This document shows, piece after piece, positions 39,314-48,621 of a stretch of 64,000 nucleotides of DNA. Source of the DNA: Clostridia bacterium (GTDB lineage: Bacteria > Bacillota > Clostridia > Christensenellales > UBA1242). Position 1 is the first letter of the stretch, and each line of letters starts with the position of its first letter. The notes beneath the pieces were generated by a model that searched no databases, was not told where the DNA came from, and saw only the letters and a program-made list of their open reading frames with translations. The position numbers were made by a program, and so were the translations under genes. The stretch spans positions 16,016 to 80,015 of the forward strand of contig JAZNFA010000009.1 in assembly GCA_045588915.1 (NCBI GenBank). The letters are read 5' to 3'.

Positions 39314-40508
39314 TTTTGACCTCCTGATAAATTTCAGTTAGTTCTTTGGTCGTCCAAAGTACTGGGACAGGGTAAAGTGGGTTAGCTTCTTTTTCTGCTG
39401 TTTTGGCAAGCATTGGTATATCGTGGTTTTTGATTTCCGGTATCTTGGTTGGAATATTCATTGCTTGGTTCATATCTTCAATTGTTTGAATAAATAATTT
39501 TGCACCGACTTCATAAGATGTTGTACGGTCAAAAAGACGAGCTTTAACGCCAAGTTTCCACAGTTTTCGATAGATCTTGCGGCCAAACTTTCTTAAAACA
39601 TAAGGAAGAATTACTGCGTTAGCGAGACCATGAGGAATGTTATATTTCCCACCCAGTGAATGTGCGACGGCGTGAACGTAACCGACATAACTTTGAGTAA
39701 AGGCAATGCCAGCATAATAAGCTGCGTTGAGCATTTTGGAACGCGCTGCAATGTTTGTTCCGTCTTGATAAGCAACGGGTAAGTAACGGAAAATAATCTG
39801 TACTGCTTGTTCGGCATAAGAGCGTGTTTTTTTGGTTGTACTACGCCCAATATAAGCTTCAACTGCATGTGTCAGCGCATCCATACCTGTGGTGGCTGTT
39901 ATATGTTGTGGCAGTCCAATAGTTAATTGTGGCAGTAATGCTGCGTAACTGGGAATCAGTGGGAAGTCGTTAATTGCATATTTATGACGTGTATTACTGT
40001 CGGTTATTACGGCAGCCAAGGTAGTTTCACTGCCGGTACCAGCAGTTGTTGGAATTGCAATCAATAAAGGAATTTTTTTGCCAACTTTTAAAATGCCTTT
40101 CATTTTGGTTAAGCTTTTTTTTGGACGTGCAATACGTGCTCCTGTTGCTTTTGCGCAATCCATAACCGAGCCACCACCAAAAGCGATAATACAATCGCAT
40201 TCGTTATCTTGATAGAGTTGTACTGCAGCGGCAACATTATCTGTAGTCGGATTAGGTACAGTTTCATCATAGACAGTTAATTTCAGCTTTTGTTCGAGAA
40301 TAGCATTTTCTAAACTTTGTGTCAGTTGCAAATTACGGATAGAACGGTCGGTAACTAATAACACGCTGTTCTTTTCGTGTTGTTGTAAAATGTTGACAAT
40401 TTCTTGGTTCGATTTTAATAATGTGGGTTCACGGTAAGGTAGTAATGGTAAAATCGTACGAAAAATTGTTTGATAAGTTCGACAATAAATTTTCTTTAAT
40501 AAATTCAT
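39306..40508 (-). CDS. iron-containing alcohol dehydrogenase
   Basis: It has GGGSVMDCAKA and HAVAHSLGGKYNIPHG. A GGAGG SD precedes it. Confidence 0.9.
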   Translation of the reverse strand: MNLLKKIYCRTYQTIFRTILPLLPYREPTLLKSNQEIVNILQQHEKNSVLLVTDRSIRNLQLTQSLENAILEQKLKLTVYDETVPNPTTDNVAAAVQLYQDNECDCIIAFGGGSVMDCAKATGARIARPKKSLTKMKGILKVGKKIPLLIAIPTTAGTGSETTLAAVITDSNTRHKYAINDFPLIPSYAALLPQLTIGLPQHITATTGMDALTHAVEAYIGRSTTKKTRSYAEQAVQIIFRYLPVAYQDGTNIAARSKMLNAAYYAGIAFTQSYVGYVHAVAHSLGGKYNIPHGLANAVILPYVLRKFGRKIYRKLWKLGVKARLFDRTTSYEVGAKLFIQTIEDMNQAMNIPTKIPEIKNHDIPMLAKTAEKEANPLYPVPVLWTTKELTEIYQEVKNG

Positions 40509-40587
40509 CTTTATCCTCCAGTCTGTATAAATTTAGACTACCACGAAAATTGTTGATATAGCAATAATTTTATTCTATGCTTAATTG

Positions 40588-41205
40588 ATGAGTGATTTTA
40601 GAACTTTGCCAGATGGAATGTTTCAACAAACTTATGTTGTACAAAAATCACGATTTATTGCATTTGCGAAACGTGTGCGAAATACCGAAGAAGCGCAAAC
40701 TTTTTTAAAAAGTGTAGCATTACCAGATGCGACACATCATTGTTATGCGTATATTACAACCGATGGACAAAAATCGACCGATAATGGAGAACCTGCAGGG
40801 ACAGCTGGTATCCCGATTTTACAAGCTATCAAACAAAAACAACTAAATAATGTTGCTGTGGCTGTTGAACGTTATTTTGGGGGAGTTAAATTAGGAACAG
40901 GTGGTTTGGCACGTGCTTATGCGCAGGCGGCTAGTCAAGTTTTAGAGAGTATTACTCCTGTCTTTATGCGTGAATGTGTTATTTTTAAATTTGCGACATA
41001 CTATGAACAACAAAATTTAATGCGCAAATTGGTTGCTCAATACGGTAAGGAAATAATGGTTGATTATGCAGAATTAATCCGTTGGCAAGTTGCGATACCT
41101 GTTAATGAACAGAAAGTTTTTATAACTCAATTAACAGAGTTATTTCACGATGTTCAATTTGAGATACAAGAAAATCGGGTCTGGGTAGAATTTCAAGATT
41201 GCTAG
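40588..41205 (+). CDS. yigZ: YigZ / IMPACT-family protein
   Basis: It has KSRFIAFA, DNGEPAGTAGIPIL and ERYFGGVKLGTGGLARAY. Confidence 0.85.
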   Translation: MSDFRTLPDGMFQQTYVVQKSRFIAFAKRVRNTEEAQTFLKSVALPDATHHCYAYITTDGQKSTDNGEPAGTAGIPILQAIKQKQLNNVAVAVERYFGGVKLGTGGLARAYAQAASQVLESITPVFMRECVIFKFATYYEQQNLMRKLVAQYGKEIMVDYAELIRWQVAIPVNEQKVFITQLTELFHDVQFEIQENRVWVEFQDC

Positions 41206-41220
41206 CATATTCATTATGAT

Positions 41221-42105
41221 ATGGAAGCTTTACGGATGATCTTGCCAGAAAAGGTGCAAGCTGCTTTGGAACGTTTACCTTTGGCTCAAGTTTACGAATT
41301 GCGTTTACGGGCAAATGCGCCAATGGTTGTCTGTATTGATGGGCATAATTTTCAATTATCCACGGTGAATGTAAGTTGCGAAGATTTAGAAAACATTATA
41401 CATAAAGCGGCGGAATATGCCATCTATGCTGTATTAGACCAAATGGTCAAAGGTTTTATCACAATTCGTGGTGGGGTAAGAATTGGTATTGCTGGTGAGT
41501 TGGTGATGCAAAATGGCAAAGTCAGTGCTGTTAAGAATTTATCCTCCTTGTGTATTCGTGTTCCACATGAAATTAAAAATTGTGCGCAATCAATATTGCC
41601 GTATGTTTTTGTTGCACAGCATCCAGTTTCGACTTTAATTATTGCGCCACCAGGAGCAGGGAAAACAACAATGTTGCGTGATTTAGCGCGACAAATCGGT
41701 AATCAGTTTTCGGCGTTAAATACACTAATTCTGGATGAGCGTGGTGAGTTGGCAGCTTGTTATTTAGGGGAAAGACAATTAGATGTTGGACAGAATGCAG
41801 ATGTCATTACCGGTGGAACAAAAGCTTATGGTTTTGATAATGGAATTCGTAGCTTACGACCTGATGTAATTATTACCGATGAAATTGCAACGTGTGAAGA
41901 TGTTGCAATGTTGCAACGTGCTGTACGGAGTGGAGTGGTTGTGATTGCCAGTGTCCACGCAGCAAATTTGGATGATGTACTGACCAAGCCGGAGATAGGT
42001 TTGTTGCTAACTCAACAGATATTTGAACGTTATGTTGTTTTGCAAGGTGGTGAACAAGTCGGTCGTGTTGTTGGTATTTTTGGTCGGGGGTTGCAACCAT
42101 TGTGA
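41221..42105 (+). CDS. spoIIIAA: stage III sporulation protein AA (ATPase)
   Basis: It has the Walker A APPGAGKTTMLRDLAR and ILDERGELA. It is the first gene of an eight-gene collinear operon. Confidence 0.9.
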   Translation: MEALRMILPEKVQAALERLPLAQVYELRLRANAPMVVCIDGHNFQLSTVNVSCEDLENIIHKAAEYAIYAVLDQMVKGFITIRGGVRIGIAGELVMQNGKVSAVKNLSSLCIRVPHEIKNCAQSILPYVFVAQHPVSTLIIAPPGAGKTTMLRDLARQIGNQFSALNTLILDERGELAACYLGERQLDVGQNADVITGGTKAYGFDNGIRSLRPDVIITDEIATCEDVAMLQRAVRSGVVVIASVHAANLDDVLTKPEIGLLLTQQIFERYVVLQGGEQVGRVVGIFGRGLQPL

Positions 42106-42578
42106 AATTATGGATGGCTGCTGGTTGGTTTTTAGCCTGTGTTTTGGTTGGTTGTGGAATTTACCGACAGCAATGGAATAAGGTTCGTGCTTATACACAA
42201 TGGGTAAATTTTTGTGATCATTTGCATCAAGCGATCGGTTTTGCTATGCAACCATTACCTTATGTAATTGCTGATTATGTACCAATCAGTCGTGGAGAGT
42301 GTCGTTTGAGTTTGTTGAATTATTTGGAATGTTTGCAAAAAAAGGTCGATTTAAATCGTGAGCGTTGTCAGAAATTAGTTAATGATGAAAGCATCGCAGA
42401 ATTTTTATATCAACTAGGGCGAACTGGACGTGAAACAGAACAAGAAAAAATTTGTGCAATACGTACAATTCTTGTCGCTAAAAAAAATCAAGCAGAGCAT
42501 AACTTGAAAGTTAAAGCGTCTATTATGTTGAAACTTTTAATAATAATTGGTATCGCAGGAGGAATTTTATGGATGTAG
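42102..42578 (+). CDS. spoIIIAB: stage III sporulation protein AB
   Basis: The call rests on position, size, an N-terminal TM segment and the LGRTGRETEQ motif. The start is a GTGA overlap. Confidence 0.8.
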   Translation: MKLWMAAGWFLACVLVGCGIYRQQWNKVRAYTQWVNFCDHLHQAIGFAMQPLPYVIADYVPISRGECRLSLLNYLECLQKKVDLNRERCQKLVNDESIAEFLYQLGRTGRETEQEKICAIRTILVAKKNQAEHNLKVKASIMLKLLIIIGIAGGILWM

Positions 42579-42766
42579 AAATAATTTTTAAAATTGCGGC
42601 AATTGGAATTTTAGCAGCAGTTGTATGTACTATTTTGAAACAAGCAGGACGTGAAGAAATTGCGACGTTTGTTTCTTTAGCTTCCGTTGTGATTTGTTTG
42701 GTGATGATTCTTTCTATGATTAGTGATTTGTTTAATTCAATTCGCTCGCTGTTTGCTTTGTATTAA
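42569..42766 (+). CDS. spoIIIAC: stage III sporulation protein AC
   Basis: It is a 65-aa two-TM protein with IFKIAAIGILAAVVCTILKQAGREE. Confidence 0.85.
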   Translation: MDVEIIFKIAAIGILAAVVCTILKQAGREEIATFVSLASVVICLVMILSMISDLFNSIRSLFALY

Positions 42767-42775
42767 GGAGGCTAT

Positions 42776-43162
42776 TTGGATTTAACCAAAATGATTGTGA
42801 TTGGGATGGCTAGTGCACTGGGCGTGTTGTTATTGCGACAGGTCAAACCTGAACTTGCTGTTATTGTTGGTTTAGTTGGTACAATTTTGATTTTTTTAAT
42901 GGTTGTGTCTGGGCTAACCGAAATTGTGAGTAGTATCAATGGTATTGTAGCGCAAACAGGTTTAGCCACTCAGTTATTTGCTAGCATCCTGAAAATTGTT
43001 GGGATTGGTTATTTGTGTGAAATTGCCGCTAGTATTTGCCAGGAATCGGGGGCAAAGACCGTAGCCGATATGGTAATTTTGGGCGGCAAAATTATTATTA
43101 TGGTATTGGCAATTCCCATTATACAATCATTAGTTGATGTTGTTTTGGGAGTGTTGCCATAA
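42776..43162 (+). CDS. spoIIIAD: stage III sporulation protein AD
   Basis: It aligns end to end with B. subtilis SpoIIIAD as I recall it (IVGIGYLCEIAASICQESG...). The start is TTG after AAGGAGG. Confidence 0.85.
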   Translation: MDLTKMIVIGMASALGVLLLRQVKPELAVIVGLVGTILIFLMVVSGLTEIVSSINGIVAQTGLATQLFASILKIVGIGYLCEIAASICQESGAKTVADMVILGGKIIIMVLAIPIIQSLVDVVLGVLP

Positions 43163-44217
43163 TGAATGAAAGTGAATTATCGCAAGCTGTTAATGATACT
43201 TTAGCAAAGTTGGATTTTGGCGATTTAGCTAATCTGAGCGTTTTCGGTGGTAAAGATTTCTGGACGGTTTTGGGACAGATTTTGTCTGGTGAGTACTTTA
43301 AACAATATCCCGACGTATTTAGTGGAATCTGGGCTTTACTGGGGGATGTAGTTTTAGCCGTATTACCATTGGTTGTTTTAGTTGTTGCCATTACTATTTT
43401 GTGTGGGTTTGTTGGTACGGCTAAAAAAGATGGGATTGGTAATTTGGTTTTTTTTGTGGCGTATGCGGCCGTAGTGTTGATTGTTGTCGGCAGTGTTTCT
43501 GACTTAATCAAAATGGTGGGGAATACTTTAGATTTGATTAAAACTCAGGTCGATTTAGTTTTCCCGATTATTTTAACACTAATGGTGGCCGGTGGTGCTT
43601 CGACAAGTGCAGGGATTTATCAACCTGGTGTTGCAATCTTATCCAGTGGAATTATACAAATTTTTACTTGGGTAGTAATGCCAATTTTTGTTGTGAGTAT
43701 GGCTTTCTCGGTAGTATCTCACTTAGCACCACAAACAAAGTTGGATAAATTTGTCAGTTTTTTTAACGCATTGTTTAAGTGGATTGTGGGAATGTGCTTT
43801 ACGATTTTTTTATCATTTATGGCAATTCAAGGAATTACGGCAGGAAGTTTTGATAGCATTTCAATTCGTGCAACGAAAATGACTGTTTCTGGCTACGTGC
43901 CGATTGTTGGTAGTTATATGTCACAAGGTTTTGATTTAATTATGGCAAGTGCTGTGTTGATTAAAAATGCCGTTGGTTTGTCTGGAATACTGCTCTTATT
44001 AGGATTAGTTTTGATGCCGATTGTTAAAATTATTGTTTTCTCGTTAGCACTTAAATTGACAGCTGCTGTCACCCAACCGATTGGCGATAGTCGGATTAGC
44101 AATTTCTTAACTACTGTGAACAAAAGCTTTGGTATGTTGATAGCTTGTTTGTTAGGCGTGGCTTTTATGTATTTAGTGATTTTGGCATTATTTATTATGA
44201 CAGGGAATGTAATATAG
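43162..44217 (+). CDS. spoIIIAE: stage III sporulation protein AE
   Basis: It is a 351-aa polytopic protein in the conserved operon position. Confidence 0.85.
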   Translation: MNESELSQAVNDTLAKLDFGDLANLSVFGGKDFWTVLGQILSGEYFKQYPDVFSGIWALLGDVVLAVLPLVVLVVAITILCGFVGTAKKDGIGNLVFFVAYAAVVLIVVGSVSDLIKMVGNTLDLIKTQVDLVFPIILTLMVAGGASTSAGIYQPGVAILSSGIIQIFTWVVMPIFVVSMAFSVVSHLAPQTKLDKFVSFFNALFKWIVGMCFTIFLSFMAIQGITAGSFDSISIRATKMTVSGYVPIVGSYMSQGFDLIMASAVLIKNAVGLSGILLLLGLVLMPIVKIIVFSLALKLTAAVTQPIGDSRISNFLTTVNKSFGMLIACLLGVAFMYLVILALFIMTGNVI

Positions 44218-44218
44218 T

Positions 44219-44608
44219 ATGACGGCTTGGTTAGCGAGTATTGTTGGCGTTGTTGTGATTGGGGTAATTCTTGAATTATTGATTCAGGGACGACGCTTGG
44301 AACATTTTGTTCGTTCGATTTATGCCTTTATTGTTTTGTTTGTGATAGTTTCTCCTTTGCCCAATTTATTAAAATCTGATTGGTGGACGACTGAACCAGT
44401 TGCAACAATCAATACGGAACTAGCTGATAATATAACACAACAAAGTAGGCAGCTACAGGTTAGTCAGATTTTAAAATCTTTAGGTTATCAAGAAGCAATA
44501 GTGACTTTGGTTGATAATGTTGTTTATGTGAATTTGGGAATTGTTGTGGATGCAAATCGCTTAAATGAATTACATCAAGCTTTGGGAGAGGGGGTTGTTA
44601 TTGTATGA
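44219..44608 (+). CDS. spoIIIAF: stage III sporulation protein AF
   Basis: It has N-terminal TM segments and the correct operon position. It is shorter than the B. subtilis orthologue. Confidence 0.7.
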   Translation: MTAWLASIVGVVVIGVILELLIQGRRLEHFVRSIYAFIVLFVIVSPLPNLLKSDWWTTEPVATINTELADNITQQSRQLQVSQILKSLGYQEAIVTLVDNVVYVNLGIVVDANRLNELHQALGEGVVIV

Positions 44609-45135
44609 AAAAAATATGGGAAAAAATAAAAAAAATTAAGCATTGGGAAATTTATGCTGCCGTCATTGTTGTTGTGATTATGTTAGTAATTTATTTATCG
44701 AGTTTAAGTGGAAATAAGTCATCAAAACAATCACCAACAGAGACGATTGTAACAAATGACAATGGTAGTTATGCAGGACAGTTGGAAACAAAATTAGAAA
44801 AAGTTTTAAGCTCTATTGCTGGTGCTGGAAATGTTGCTGTGATGGTGATGACCGATGGCGAGGGGACAGCAGAGTTGGCTTATGATGTACAAGAAAAATC
44901 AGTGAAGCAGGCAGGTATAAATGGACAAGAGACTGTGACAACCACTGTGGAAAAAACAGTTGTGATGAAAAATGGTAGTCCGATGATTTTGTGGACGAAT
45001 CCACCAAAAATTATTGGAATCGTAGTGGTAGCAACTGGTGCAAATGATGCAGGTGTACGTTTGAATTTGTTACACGCCGTTCAAACAATTATTGGCGATA
45101 AAAATACACCGATTCAAATTATATCGGGAATTTAA
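44605..45135 (+). CDS. spoIIIAG: stage III sporulation protein AG
   Basis: It has an N-terminal TM segment and the C-terminal PPKIIGIVVVATGANDAGVRLNLLHAVQTIIG. Confidence 0.85.
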   Translation: MKKIWEKIKKIKHWEIYAAVIVVVIMLVIYLSSLSGNKSSKQSPTETIVTNDNGSYAGQLETKLEKVLSSIAGAGNVAVMVMTDGEGTAELAYDVQEKSVKQAGINGQETVTTTVEKTVVMKNGSPMILWTNPPKIIGIVVVATGANDAGVRLNLLHAVQTIIGDKNTPIQIISGI

Positions 45136-45151
45136 TTTATTCAACTTTGTA

Positions 45152-45181
45152 GTCATATTCAAAAAAATCAATCCATATAAT
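45152..45181 (+). promoter_or_regulatory. candidate sigma-E-type internal promoter before spoIIIAH
   Basis: GTCATATT-14 nt-CATATAAT compares well with the remembered consensus GKCATATT-14-CATACAHT. Confidence 0.45.
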
Positions 45182-45203
45182 ATAGACAAGGGGGAAACAA
45201 TTT

Positions 45204-45770
45204 GTGGAAGTAGTAGCACAACAAACAAAAAAACATCAATTCAAAGGTAGAATGAAAAATTTTTTTAGAACTTTTTTTAGTAAAAAAGTTCGTAAGATTG
45301 CTTTGATGACAGGCTTATTAGCCTTGTTGGTCGTAACGGGTTACTTAAATTTTACCTTAAACCAAAACGCTGTTAGTATCAATGCAGGTAGTAAAACTGA
45401 AACAAATATGTTTATTACCTTAAAAGAAAATCGCACAGATGCACGCTTGGCACAACAATTAGTTTTGCAAGAAATTGTGGCAAACGCAAGTGCTAGTGCC
45501 GATGCTCGTCGTGAAGCAGAAGCAGCTTTGACAAATTTAGCTGCGACAATTGCTTTTGAAAACAATACTGAAAATTTAATTGCAGCACAATGTGGTTACG
45601 ATGACGTTATTGTTAGCCGTAATGGTAATAAACTCAATGTCATTGTTAAAACAAATAGCGAAATTGGAAATGATAATTTACAAAAAATTATGAAAATTTT
45701 AGCTAATGCAATGGATAAAGAACGATTAGAGCCGGAAAACGGTGACGCACTTTATATTTCAATTATGTAA
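45204..45770 (+). CDS. spoIIIAH: stage III sporulation protein AH
   Basis: It has an N-terminal TM segment, a REAE-rich helix, and the C-terminal GYDDVIVSRNGNKLNVIVK. The start is GTG after AAGGGGGA. Confidence 0.85.
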   Translation: MEVVAQQTKKHQFKGRMKNFFRTFFSKKVRKIALMTGLLALLVVTGYLNFTLNQNAVSINAGSKTETNMFITLKENRTDARLAQQLVLQEIVANASASADARREAEAALTNLAATIAFENNTENLIAAQCGYDDVIVSRNGNKLNVIVKTNSEIGNDNLQKIMKILANAMDKERLEPENGDALYISIM

Positions 45771-45771
45771 G

Positions 45772-45795
45772 AAAAGGGCATCTTGCCCTTTTTTA
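45772..45795 (+). terminator. spoIIIA operon terminator
   Basis: AAGGGCA-TCT-TGCCCTT is followed by a T-run. Confidence 0.75.
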
Positions 45796-45822
45796 TTTTG
45801 TGTTTTTGGCAATAATTAAAAT

Positions 45823-47847
45823 GTGCTTTTTACTATTGTTGGAATTGTTTGGTTGGTTACTGTGGTTGTTTATTGGTGTTTACACCGTAATTGCTATTGG
45901 TTAGTTGCAACAAAGACAGATGGAAAAATCAAAGCGCAAATTATACACTTGCCATTAAAACACATTAAGTATCAGCAATTGCGACGCGAAATTAAAATTT
46001 TTAATAAGATGAATTTAGTAATGGAGTCAGTTGATGGTGTCGCTGTGATATACCGAGAACAAATGAAATTTTTATTGCGTAACCCAAGTTATCGACCAGA
46101 AGGCAATCCGTATCAAAAATTGTTATATGGTTATGCTTGTGATGTTTTATCTCAAAAATTAAATGATGAAATTGTACAACAACAACTTCGGCGTAACCTA
46201 ATGTTTTTATTTGCACCACAGCGTAAAATTGTGAAACGAATAAAACCAAAATGGTCACAGGAGAAGTATGTTTTTTATCCGTTGCCAATTTATAAGGTTT
46301 TTTGTGATTGTTATTGTAATCCGTTAGAACCAGGGATTCAAACGGAAAGGCCGTGGCAGGTTGTTGCTCATGGTAGTTATCTTAAATATTACAATCAAGA
46401 TTTAGTAATCAAACGATATGCTCACGCCTATACGCTTTTTGCTAAGGAATTGCAAACGATAACTTTGAAAGTTGCATTAGATAAAAACGATTTTAATTGT
46501 TCTGTTAGTCGTGGTGTTGTTACTTGCAAGCATTTGGTGACTGGAGAAGTCCATACTTATGCAATTCGGGGTGATAAGGTGCGTTTGGCGACAAGTGTTT
46601 GTGCAAAGGTTGACGCTTTAGAAATCTATATTACTTGGCAGGGAAGTGCAAAAATTTGTTTGGATGGTTGTGAACCCAAAAAATTGATGAATGAGCAAAT
46701 ACAAGTAAATAAACGTTTAGAACAAATGTTGACAGACGCTTATCAATCTAAGTATGTACAGGGGGAGCGTCTACGTGCACGTTATTTGGCTGCTCAGAAA
46801 ATTGTGCCATCATTGGGTGGATTTACGAAAGTTATTGCTTTACATACGCTCGATGATTTTTGGAAAGTGTGGAATGATTTAGCTGACTATCGTCGATTAG
46901 CTTGTTTAGTGAAAGGTTTTAATTTGGTGTTTTTGTATTCCAGTGCTTTGCCAGAATTTGAAGAAACAATCTTATCGATGTTTAATGCTGAACAGATTAC
47001 AGCGTGTCATAATGATTGCTTATGGCTTTATTTTGTTGACCGAACAGTGATTGAACCTGACGCGTTATATTTTTTCACTAAATTAACAAAGCCTGCACAT
47101 TACGTTCCGGTTGAATCGATACCAATGGGTTTACGAATGAATAAATGTTGGCCGTATGTTAAAACATTAACGGTAACAAATACTTTGCCACAAAAGATGA
47201 CACGTAACTTGATTGTGCCGTTGGTTTTTCGCAACCCATCTGTCGTGAGTGCTAATGGCTCAGTTCTGACAGTCGTTGGTTTAGATTCTGGTCATGTTAG
47301 TAATTATGTTTTACCAGTGCCAGTCCACTTGACGGGGGAATGGTTAACTACACATATTAACATTCCTTTAAAAGTTAAATTAGCCGGTTATGAAACTCGG
47401 CAATTTACGATTACACGTCGTGAGTGTAATGCGAAAAAGCATTTGACGAAAAAGGAATTAGCTTTGTCATTGAGTGAAATTCAAGTGTGTAGTGATGATA
47501 AAAGAATCAATGAACTCTTTAAAAAAACTGTTGTGGAAAGTGAAGATGCTAATGTTTTAGCGGCTGTAAAAGTTGCTTATCAAAATCAAGACAAAAAATT
47601 GCTTTTAGCAGCTTTAAGTGAACGTCATCAAATTACGACGGATGTTTGGCAGTATCTTTTGACTCAGTTTATTGGAATTCGGGTACGTGCTGAGCAAATT
47701 TATTTATCGCCGTGTGTGAATGTGATGGGTGAATTTGTTGTGAGTTTTAAATGTAAAGGGCAAAAATATGCTTTCAGCACGAAAAAAAATTTGTCACAGA
47801 ACGTGAAATTTGCTAATATAAGTTATTATGGAAATTCAAAAAGATAA
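45823..47847 (+). CDS. large hypothetical protein (N-terminal TM, about 674 aa)
   Basis: It is a long uninterrupted ORF with no recognisable motif. The start (GTG 45823) is uncertain. Confidence 0.5.
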   Translation: MLFTIVGIVWLVTVVVYWCLHRNCYWLVATKTDGKIKAQIIHLPLKHIKYQQLRREIKIFNKMNLVMESVDGVAVIYREQMKFLLRNPSYRPEGNPYQKLLYGYACDVLSQKLNDEIVQQQLRRNLMFLFAPQRKIVKRIKPKWSQEKYVFYPLPIYKVFCDCYCNPLEPGIQTERPWQVVAHGSYLKYYNQDLVIKRYAHAYTLFAKELQTITLKVALDKNDFNCSVSRGVVTCKHLVTGEVHTYAIRGDKVRLATSVCAKVDALEIYITWQGSAKICLDGCEPKKLMNEQIQVNKRLEQMLTDAYQSKYVQGERLRARYLAAQKIVPSLGGFTKVIALHTLDDFWKVWNDLADYRRLACLVKGFNLVFLYSSALPEFEETILSMFNAEQITACHNDCLWLYFVDRTVIEPDALYFFTKLTKPAHYVPVESIPMGLRMNKCWPYVKTLTVTNTLPQKMTRNLIVPLVFRNPSVVSANGSVLTVVGLDSGHVSNYVLPVPVHLTGEWLTTHINIPLKVKLAGYETRQFTITRRECNAKKHLTKKELALSLSEIQVCSDDKRINELFKKTVVESEDANVLAAVKVAYQNQDKKLLLAALSERHQITTDVWQYLLTQFIGIRVRAEQIYLSPCVNVMGEFVVSFKCKGQKYAFSTKKNLSQNVKFANISYYGNSKR

Positions 47848-48376
47848 AAAATTAACAGGAACAAAAACAGAAAAAAACTTGGAAACAGCCTTTGCCGGAG
47901 AAAGTGGTGCACGTAATAAATATACGTTCTTTGCATCAAAAGCAAAAAAAGAAGGTTATCCAACCATTGCTAAAGTTTTTGAAGAAACAGCTGGCAATGA
48001 AAAAGAACACGCTGAAATGTGGTTTAAATACTTACATACTATTGATAGTACTGTAGAAAACTTATTGACAGCTGCTGCTGGCGAAAATTATGAATGGACT
48101 GATATGTACGATAAGTTTGCGAAAGAGGCTGAAGAAGAAGGATTCAACGAAATTGCTGCAAAATTCCGTGGGGTAGGTCAAATTGAAAAGAATCACGAAA
48201 TTCGTTTCTTGTCTTTAGCAGAACAATTAAAAAACAATACAATGTTCGCTGGTGAAGCGCCGGTAACTTGGCAATGTACAAATTGTGGTTTTACTTTCTT
48301 TGGTAAAGAAGCACCAAAAATTTGTCCAATTTGCTTGCACGCTCGTGAATATTTTATTCGTGTTTGCTTGAGTTAA
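47828..48376 (+). CDS. rbr: rubrerythrin
   Basis: It has [19 protein letters not shown], a second EExxH-type helix pair, and a C-terminal rubredoxin-like CTNCG...CPIC. Confidence 0.9.
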   Translation: MEIQKDKKLTGTKTEKNLETAFAGESGARNKYTFFASKAKKEGYPTIAKVFEETAGNEKEHAEMWFKYLHTIDSTVENLLTAAAGENYEWTDMYDKFAKEAEEEGFNEIAAKFRGVGQIEKNHEIRFLSLAEQLKNNTMFAGEAPVTWQCTNCGFTFFGKEAPKICPICLHAREYFIRVCLS

Positions 48377-48397
48377 TTAGTGGAAACAAAAAAATTG

Positions 48398-48428
48398 AAA
48401 GCGAGTGATTTATTTCATTCGCTTTTTT
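48398..48428 (+). terminator. rbr terminator
   Basis: AAAGCGAGTGA-loop-TCATTCGCTTT is followed by a T-run. Confidence 0.7.
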
Positions 48429-48490
48429 GTTGTTAAAAATCACAAAAAAAGACTTGAACAAATTATTTTACTATGATATAGTAACAATAC

Positions 48491-48567
48491 TGGATTGTAG
48501 CTCAGTTGGTTAGAGCACCGCTCTGATAAGGCGGGGGTCAGTGGTTCAAGTCCACTCAGTCCAACCA
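48491..48567 (+). tRNA. tRNA-Ile (anticodon GAT), CCA encoded
   Basis: The acceptor is TGGATTG/CAGTCCA (one G-U pair), the anticodon loop is CTGATAA, and the T-loop is TTCAAGT. A TTGAAC-17-TATAGT promoter ends 8 nt upstream. Confidence 0.88.
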
Positions 48568-48604
48568 AAAAAAGAACCCAAGTTTGTTGCTTGGGTTCTT
48601 TTTG
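48568..48604. terminator. bidirectional terminator between tRNA-Ile and the ATPase gene
   Basis: An A-run, AGAACCCAAG-loop-CTTGGGTTCT, then a T-run. Confidence 0.8.
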
Positions 48605-48621
48605 TTTTACAATCTAATTTT

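Noticed and set aside
41184-41220. A sigma-E-type promoter directly upstream of spoIIIAA (GGTAGAAT-14-CATATTCA).
   Set aside because: It matches only about 5 of 8 positions in the -35 element and has a weak -10. This is too weak to call, and the true promoter may lie within or upstream of yigZ.
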